Part shown: positions 46,801 through 55,800 of the stretch, piece by piece
Position numbering within the stretch: the first letter of the stretch is position 1
How the letters are laid out: every line of letters begins with the position of its first letter
Assembly (NCBI GenBank): GCA_013239625.1
Contig: MU055785.1
Coordinates: 14,331,206 to 14,395,205, forward strand
Direction: 5' to 3'
Source: Lama guanicoe
Lineage: Eukaryota
DNA length: 64,000 nucleotides
Notes under the pieces: model-generated
Told to the model about the DNA's origin: nothing
Seen by the model: the letters and a program-made list of their open reading frames with translations, nothing else
Databases searched by the model: none
Translations under genes and position numbers: made by a program

Positions 46801-49800
46801 CCACCTCCGCGTGAGCTTCTCCACGAAGCCCTTCCCAGCAGTCCCAGTGGACGTGCTCCTTGCCTCTCCTCCGAGCCCAGTGGAGCCCCTGGGTTTGGGG
46901 TTTCTCGTTTCTTCCCCCCCCAGCACTGACCACAAGGCTTCACGGCAGGCATCACTGTCCCAGGGTCCTCAGCGGACACCCTGACAGGCAGGCAGGAAGC
47001 CGAAAGCCATCATCCAGCACAAACAAACTGGCCTGTCACAGATCAGCACCTACTCAGACACTCTTGCTCCTTGAAGGGGTCTGTCCCACCTGCCCCCAAC
47101 CTTGTGGTCTGTAGGTCAGACTCTAGTTGATGACAGATTTCAAAGAGACTGGAAAGCACAATAAAATAAAAAGCAAAGCCACTGCGAGTTGGAAAGCCAA
47201 TCCCGCGTTAGATGGGAGCCTTCACGCGGCCACTAAAGATGATTCTGGAGCACGACTGAACTGTCTGCACAACGGCTGACCCATGAGGCTGGGCGGAGCT
47301 GGGTCCACTATCACGGAGACAAATCCAAGCAGGGTGTCAGGACCAGCATGTCAAGGGCATGAGGTGAGCATCCCAGGACTAAGAACAGCCCTAGAGGAGA
47401 CAAAGCACGCCCCCAAGTACTTCTGCAGACGGGACCTTCTTTGCTCCAAGAAGCCTGGTCTTCCCGGTGTCCAGGCTCCCAGGCTGGGCACAGCCTCCTG
47501 CCCGACTTGGAAAGGCTGCCTTGTCCGTGAGCCCAGCAGAGCCCCACATGATGGAACCTTCTGGAGGCAGAGGTGGCAGCTGCCCCTTAACCTAACAGCT
47601 CTGGGATCCTATGAAGCAGAGGAAGAGCTGACCCAGGAGGCTGGTCCATCCCACCCATCTCTTTACAGCTTCCGGGGAGGGAGTGGGGGGGAGGGGCGTC
47701 CCTCCCTCCTCCTGTCACAGCTGAGAGCACAGGGGGGGTGCCCGGGACCCAGAACGGCATCGCAGTGGAACTTCCTCTACACAAACTCAGCCACCCGTGT
47801 TAGATACACGTGTGCACCAACAGGAAGGAACGACAGAGCAGGAGATCGGTTCTGAGAGGGTTGCGGGCATTCACTTCTCCAGTCCACCCACTGAGCGCGC
47901 GGCCAGAGGACGTGCCGCCGGGAGGCGGAGCTCTCCCACCCGGTCCCCCGGGAGGCCGTCCTCTCCTGCTGTCCGCGGTGGGGTGAGCCTCTTGCAGATG
48001 TTAAATGTTTCTAACAACGTGGCCCCTGGACACAATCCAAGTCCTCTCCTCTCCTCTCCCGTCTCTCTCTCTCTCCCTTTCATGGACCAATGCGTGCACA
48101 CGTGGGGGACACCGGGGGTCACCTCCCTTGGGGCCGCCGGAGGACGGCTCACCTGCAGGCAGCGTGGAGAACTCCACGAAGGCCTCCTTCCTCTCCCTCT
48201 GCTCCAAGGGCAGCTGCCACGGCACCTGGTGCGGCCTGGCCAGAACCTTCACCTTGTAGGCCATGTTGGGCCGGAGGTTCAAGAACTGGTACTTGTACCT
48301 GGCAGCCCTGACGACGTCGAACTCCTCCTCGTTGAGGAAGATCACGTGGCTGTAGTTGCTGTTGGTGGGCAGCCAGGAGAGCTGGGCGGAGATCTGCGTG
48401 ATGTTGTCCACCCGCAGGTGGGAGGGCGCCACCACCACATCCTTGCCCACCAGCAGTGTGCACTGCAGTGCGTCCGAGCTGCCTCTGCTGGTGACGCACT
48501 GCACGGACACGCGGTAGGTGCAGGCCGCCGTGTTCAGCTTCTCGATCAAGGCCTTCGTCCGGCTGCCCAGCGTGAGGCTCAGGCGCATCTCCTGGTCCAC
48601 CAGCACGTTATAGCTGCTCACCGTCCCCCAGCCCGGGGGCCCGGCCGGGGGCTCCCAGCCCACAATGACACTTTTGGCGAGTTGCTTGATGAGGGTGATT
48701 TTCCGAGGGTAAGGCACGATGTCTTCTCCAATGTCGTCAATGTTGACATCCAGCGTCCCTGCCCCGCTGTCGGCGAGGCCGGAGTCCGTGAGCGTCGGGG
48801 AGTGGAGGTCCAGGACACTCTCCCCCTCCAGCGGGGAGATGCCGATGCCGGAACGGTTGATGAGGTTCTGCTCCTGGTCACTCGCCAGCGTGCTGGCCAG
48901 CCGAGACTCACTGTCCTGGACAAAATCCACGAAGTTGGAGGGCACCAGGCCCCTCTGCCCATCCAGGAGTTCGCCTGTTGGGCACAAGAACAGTTAGGGC
49001 CCGACTGTCACGTGGGGGGCCTGAGGTCCTGCCGCAAGTCTGCACCTCCCACGATGGGACCCTACGGAAAGCAACGAGGTTACGGTGGGATCTTCAGCTC
49101 TTAACATGCACCACTCAAACGTCACCTCGCCCAGACCCCACCCCTGCTACGGCACCCCAGTACCTGCCATCTGCCACCCCCTCCATCAGTTGTCTGATTT
49201 TCCCCGCGGTGCCCAGGGCACCGTGTTCATTCAGCTGCACACGTGGACTGACTACCCCTCCCACTGGGGGCGCTGCTCTGGGAGGGCGTGGGCCTGCGTC
49301 CTGCCCACTGAACCATCCCAGCGGGATGCCCGGCACACAGCAGATGCGCAGCAAAGGTTTGTCAGAGGACAAACAACATGTAAGCCACGTGGGTTTGGAG
49401 ATGAAAAAAATGACACCTCACGACGATTTCTGAGTGAGTCATCACACGAACAGGAATTAGAAGGCCGCTTCCCCCTTGCAAAGGGAGCTCCGTGTCCACC
49501 TACATGAGACTCCCAGCGTGCGCCCACCGGGTGTGAAACAGACGAGCTTGGTCTTGGAGAACCACCCGCGGGCAGAGTCGCCCCCAAATGCCACCAGACT
49601 AGCTCTGAGGCTGCAGCACTCACAGCGGGGACCCCTCTCTGCTCCGTGAAGTGGCTTCACGTCCTGCGTTCTCCCTACCTGAGGCTCGGAAGCCTGCAAC
49701 AGCAGAGCCCTGCAAACTAAGCCTGTTTCGGAGCATCAAAGGTTGCTCGGTCTGGGTCACCTCTCGGCACCAGCCAGAAATGGCAGCTCCCCCAGTTCAG

Positions 49801-52800
49801 CACCAGCAGCCGCAGAGAGAGGGCCTGACCGGGCGGGGCCTGGGAGGCTGGGAAGTGCAGAACAGAGGGGTCTCTCCCCGCAGACCCCGCCCCCGCCTCA
49901 GGGGACGTGTGAGGGCCCAGGAGAGGGAAGCCAACTGGAGTCAGTCCCAAATCTCCGGAACCAATGAGGATCTGATTCTGTCCCTGACCCCACCCAGGAA
50001 GGGAGTCTTGAGATGTCCACGCCTGCCTAGAGGATGCTATATAAACAGCCCTCGTCTGACACAGGGGAAGACAGGGCGGGGGTGGGGGCTGACATCTACG
50101 GAGCAAGTTCTGGGTACCAAGCCCTGCTCGCACCTCTCCCTGTCTCCTTCCTCACTTATCCTCACGGCCGCCCGAGGCGGGAACAGTTACAGGCTGCCGT
50201 GAGCCGGGGCAAGCCTCCCACGGTCCCACGGACAACGGAGCGCCGAGCTCTGCATCTGCCTTTAATCCAGCCTCTGAAAGTCTACGTGGGCACAGCGCCC
50301 GGCGCCCGTGTTCTAGGGATTTCCAGCGAGGGTTTCCCGGCAGCCGCCTGGAGCACACATTTCCACCCTGGTGTGCAAACTGGCGCGAGCAACACAAATT
50401 TATGGTAAGATTCGAGCTGCTCTGCCACCGGCCGTGGGGAAGTTTCTCGGGTTCTCTGTCTGCTGCTCACTGACAGACAGGGAGCCGGGCCGGGCAGGGC
50501 TGGGCTCCAAACGTCAGCCGAGCGGCCTGATGTCCGGCCCCCGTAAACCTCAGGACTGGAGCTGAGGCTGATTCCATCAGCTCCAAGGAAACTCTGTGAG
50601 GTCACAAAAAAAGAAACCTGCTAGTTGAGCAAGAAATTACTTTCCTCATCAGAGGGAACAGAAGGAAACCAAAACCCTGCTACCAGGGCAACAGAAAAGT
50701 TGAGGGAACCAAGGCATCCTGATTTCCGAAGCTGCTGGCAGTGCCACCTGCTCCCCCCCCCCCGTCTCCTACAAAGGGGACCAAGGCCGGGTGGGTGGAG
50801 GGGTTCACGGCTCCTGATTTCATGCTATAGGAGGTGACCATAAGGCAATGGTCGGGCCATTCGCGGGGCCAGAGCCTGACGGTCCCTGGGATCGCAGGGC
50901 GCCAGGTGAGGTCACCTAAATGGGCTCTGGTCCTACGGAAAGCAGGTCACCTGGGGGACGCTGAGGGTGCTGGACAGTGAGATGGAAGGGAGGCAGAGAC
51001 CCCTTGTCTGTCAGCCTCGTGTGTCTGGTTGGAGGCTGCATGCAGGTGAATGTCTGAGGTCTACCTGGGGTTCAAAGTGGGAACCCCACTCAGCCAAACA
51101 AAAGGGGCTGCCTGTAAGTCTGGAGACAGGGTCAGAGTGGAGGCCTGGGGCGGCCGGGGTGATGGGAGCTGGCCCCCCGCCCACCACGCGGCCCCCCAGA
51201 CCTTCATAGAAGCCGTCCTCGTCCATGTCCCCGTACACGTACAGGTACTTCCCCGCCGCGAGTGGCAGCTCGGCCTCTGGGTTCTCATTGGGCCCGTCAA
51301 AGGGGTTGTAACTAGAGGAAGAGACAACGCGCTCAGGTGGTGCCCGAGATGGAGCCTGAGCCCAGCCCATCCCTGGCCAAGCGCCAGGGCCCACTCTGCT
51401 GTTCCCAGGATGTTCCAGACCCGAGCGACGACTCGGTGCCAGTGAGTCATCTGCACACTGAAAATGCAGGCCCTCGACGGCTCACACACCCAGGTTTCAA
51501 ATAAAAAGCTAGTTCTGAAACCACGTTGTCCGCTCAGAGTCCTCCATATCAGATGACCTTTATATGACTCCAAATTATACATTATAAATTTCCAGATCAG
51601 TCAGAAAATAAGAAAGTCATTAACCCTGGAGCATTTCAATACCTATTACTGAACAAAGATGGGAGCGTATGACATAACCTACTTGGTAGATAGCAACCTG
51701 CTCATTTTCACACTTGGCAACACGCGTGACTGTCCTTCCACCCCGTGAAACTCTCTATCGCAGCCTTTCTAAGGGACGTGTGACAGTCCACTGAACAGCT
51801 TCACACACACACTCTCCTCATCTGAGTTCTGACGCTCCTTTTGGCTAACGTAACTGGCTTTGCATCAAATATCCTTACGGACATATCTTTTCACACTCGC
51901 ATGCTTTCCTCCTGAAGATAAATCCCTAGGAAGCAGATTTGTTTGGCCAAAATCACGCACGTCTTCAAGGTCTTGGCTACGCACGGCCCAAATACCCTAG
52001 TGTAACTGAATCCTGACGCTGTCCGCTGACACTAACACATGGTAACGCGAGGACACTTCAGTAAAAAACATACATCCTGGAAAGTGGATTTTGCTCTCTC
52101 TCTCTCTCTCTCCGCCAGGAGTGTCAAAGTGACCATCCTCTCCAATCCTCAAAATGTTGGAATTCACATTTTCTTGAAACCATATCCAACGTGCAAATGA
52201 AACATGCTACAGAAAGTTCTGATTTTCTAATTCAAAGGTGAATTCATTTAAAATAGCAGAAAAGGCCTCATCAAGAAAGTAAAAGTAACATCACCGATCA
52301 TGAGTGATGATCGTGTAAATTAAAAAGGGTGTCACTCATCCTCCAGGCACGCGGGGGTGAGGTCGCAGCCCCCACAGTCACCCACCAAGAGTGGGCGGTT
52401 CAGGACTGGGGAGCCAGGAGGAGGCCCCTGCGCTTGGGAACAAGGCCCTGGGAGAGTTCAGGTCCACGTCTAGGCAAGAATCTCAGCGACCCCAGATTCT
52501 TCCGTCTGCCCCCACCAGCCCCGCGGGAACAAAGCCCACGGCTGTGGCGAGGGCAGCACCTGCAGCCCAGCTTCTGGCTCCTGAGACCTGGTTCCTGGCG
52601 GCAACCGCAAGGGACCTGAGAGCCGTGTGTGACCAGACGGGCCCACGCTAGCTCTCAGTGGGCATGGGCCCTCCGACGAGCGATGGGCTTGGCAGCTGTG
52701 ACGGCCGCGGGACGTGGTCCGGGCGGGCGCCGGGACAGTGCCAAACAGGGGCTATGGACACGGGCACCCCTCTCTGAGAATCAGTTTGCCGCCGCTGTGG

Positions 52801-55800
52801 GCTGGACGGCGTCCCCAGAGAGACGTTCAGCCCCTAACTCCTGGCACTGCGGAGGTGAGCTTACTTGGAAAGGTCTTTGCAGATGTGATCAAGTTAAGAT
52901 GGGGTCATACTGGAGTCAGGCGGCCCTGATCCAACGACAGGGTCCTTATACAAAATGGGGGGACACAGAGGGAGGACGGGCACTTGAGGACGGAGGCCAA
53001 GACTGCAGTGGGGTGCTACAGCTGAGGGGCGTCAAGGAGGCTGCCAGCCAGCAGAGGATGGCAGAGGCAGGAAGGACCCTCCCCGAGCCTTCAGAGAGGG
53101 CAGCCCCCTGACACTTTGATCTCTGGCTCCCGGCCTCCGGAACCAGGAGAGAGTGGACCTCTGCTGCTCTGAGCCACCCTGCCTGTGGCTGTGCTTAAAG
53201 GCAGCCCTGGGAAAGGAACGCAGTGCCTGGGCCCCTCCCGTCAGAGCAGACACGCCACCCTGCGAAGCCTGGCCGCCGTGTCCTCTCGGCACTGCGGGAG
53301 GGGTCCCGCAGCTCGTGGAGGGTCCCCGCACCCACCACCTCGCCTGCCTGAGGCCTCCCACGCTCACAGATGCCCAGAGGGTGCAAAGGAGAGCGTCCCT
53401 CTTACCTGTAGCGGGCGACACACAGGTGGACCTTCCCCGAGTATCTCTGCTTGGAGGTGCTGGAAGCCCGTTCATTATCCATCTGTCAGAGACACAGCGG
53501 ATGCTCATGTCGCTGAAGCCGCAGGCTCCACACGCCATGCTAGAAACACCAGGGACCCCCTGTCATGGTCCCCAGGGCTCCTCAGCCTCAGATGGTGGAA
53601 CTCCCGTGAGACGAGAACATGCATGTTGTCTTGGGCGTGACCCACAGATGGGCAGGTCCCTCCCTGCCCCCTGGAGCCCCCCCCCCGCGGGTCCCTCCCC
53701 CCCACAGGTATGGAAGCCCGTTCATTATCCATCTGTCAGAGACACAGCGGATGCTCATGTCGCTGAAGCCGCAGGCTCCACACGCCATGCTAGAAACACC
53801 AGGGACCCCCTGTCATGGTCCCCAGGGCTCCTCAGCCTCAGATGGTGGAACTCCCGTGAGACGAGAACATGCATGTTGTCTTGGGCGTGACCCACAGATG
53901 GGCAGGTCCCTCCCTGCCCCCTGGAGGCCCCCCCCCGCGGGTCCCTCCCCATCCCCGCGGGTCCCTCCCCCACCCTGCGGGTCCCTCTCTGCAGGCTCCT
54001 CGGTCACACAGGGATGCTTATAAAGCACCTGTCTCCACAGGGCCTGTGATGTCACTAGTCTGCGGAATCTAACGAATAACCCGCCTGAAAGTGCGGCAGA
54101 GCAGAAGGGCCCTTCTCAGAGGGCCGCCCTGTCTCCTGCCTCATCCCTCCGGGTCACGGGCTTGTCCTGCCACGTTCACGACACTCGCTGTGACCTGACT
54201 TCTTAGGTGCTGACCGGCTCACAGTCCTTCTGCACTAAGAGAACACCCCCCGCCCGTGCACACGGGGCCCACGTCCTGGCCCAGAGCAGGGTCAGGGAAG
54301 ACAGGTGAATGGCAGAGAAGGGAAGGAGGCAGGAGAGGGAGGAAGACAAGGAGGGGCTGCAAAGAGAGTGGCAGGTGTGCTGACTTCCACGCCTGACACC
54401 CGACGCGGGCAGGCCAGGACCAGGACTAGGACTCACGTCTGATTCAAATCTGCATCTTGGGCCACCAGATCTGGACAGAAAGGTGGGCTTGACGGACAGA
54501 GGCTCCGGCTTGTCACCCGGGAGCGGGAGGGGCCGGATGTAGTCACCAATCACAGCGTGGCTTCTGATGGAACTCTCCTGACCTGGCCGGGAACATTGGA
54601 ACAATTTGAAGAAAGACACAAGGGAAATAAAAAAAGCACGCTGGTTCTCTGCCTTCCCAGTGTGTCTTTCCTCCTCTTTGACATCAGCCTTTGAGTTTCG
54701 TTTTGGGACCCACCCATTTTCCACCCTTATTTCCTGTAGGCTGGTCTGACCCCACCCCTGTCCTTGGACCATCCATCTGGCCGAGTCTACTCCTGGCTCC
54801 ACGATCGTCTGGTGGTAACAGTGGTGTTGCCCATGAGACAGGAGGGTCCAGTCAGAGAGAACTTAGTGGGAGTCATGGGCAGAGAGACTCCTTTTCCCCA
54901 GCTTCAACCTGAGGGGAGATGAGACTCAGTGATACTGCAGCCATATTGCCACCAGGAGGAAGAAATTTCGCCTGAGAATGGAGCCTGCTCATAAGAGGAT
55001 CTGTAAGATGGAGTGGCAGGGCTAAAGCCCCTGAATCCAGCCGTACCTGAAGCTAAACCTACTGGCCCTTCATCTACTCGACATGATAAAGCAAGCCCTT
55101 TTTGCTCACACCAGTGTAGTTTGGCTGTGCTGTCACTTATGACCCAAATCGTCCTAACTTAATACACAAAGTGACCAAAGGACTTACGGCTAAAAAACAC
55201 TTTGACAAGAGACTAACTAGGACCAAAGTGGCTCTCTGCTGGTCCTGTCCTCAGGGGGCTCGAGAGCCCCGTCCCAGCCACGTGGGGAGGGGACTGAGCA
55301 CCCTGATCAGTGCTGGCCTGGACTGAGCAGCCTCAGGCATGTTTCCTAGGACCGGGTGTGAGACAGAGAAGCAACTGGTTTTCCACCCCGAGCTCCTGCT
55401 GCCCGTGGCCTGCAGGGCCTCCTCGCTGGCTTCGTCTAGTCTCTCGCCGTGGCTCTCACACCAGGCAGACTGTTCACTGAAGAAGATGACTTACTGAGTC
55501 CAAATCAGGAAATCCAAATACTGTGAGAAGCATTCCCGCAAAGGCTGCTTGGAAGTCACCCCCACTGCCCCTGCCCGATTAAGAGAATCGTAGGCAAGCA
55601 TCGTTGTAACAGAATCGATGCTGAAACAGACAGGGGGTCCCTGCGGGAATGCCAGGTCCCAGGGAGCAGTGGCTGGGCTCTGGTCACTGCCGAGCAGGCC
55701 CAATGCCCCCAACAGTGCTTGGCGGGCAGACAGCAGGTGCAAAGGAAACATTCACTGCAGAACTGACTCCCAAAGCCTCACAGGCTGAGGACAGGGCCTG

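Noticed and set aside
47797-49104. 435-aa plus-strand ORF
   Set aside because: Antisense shadow of the high-GC3 RIMBP2 exon 48153-48974.
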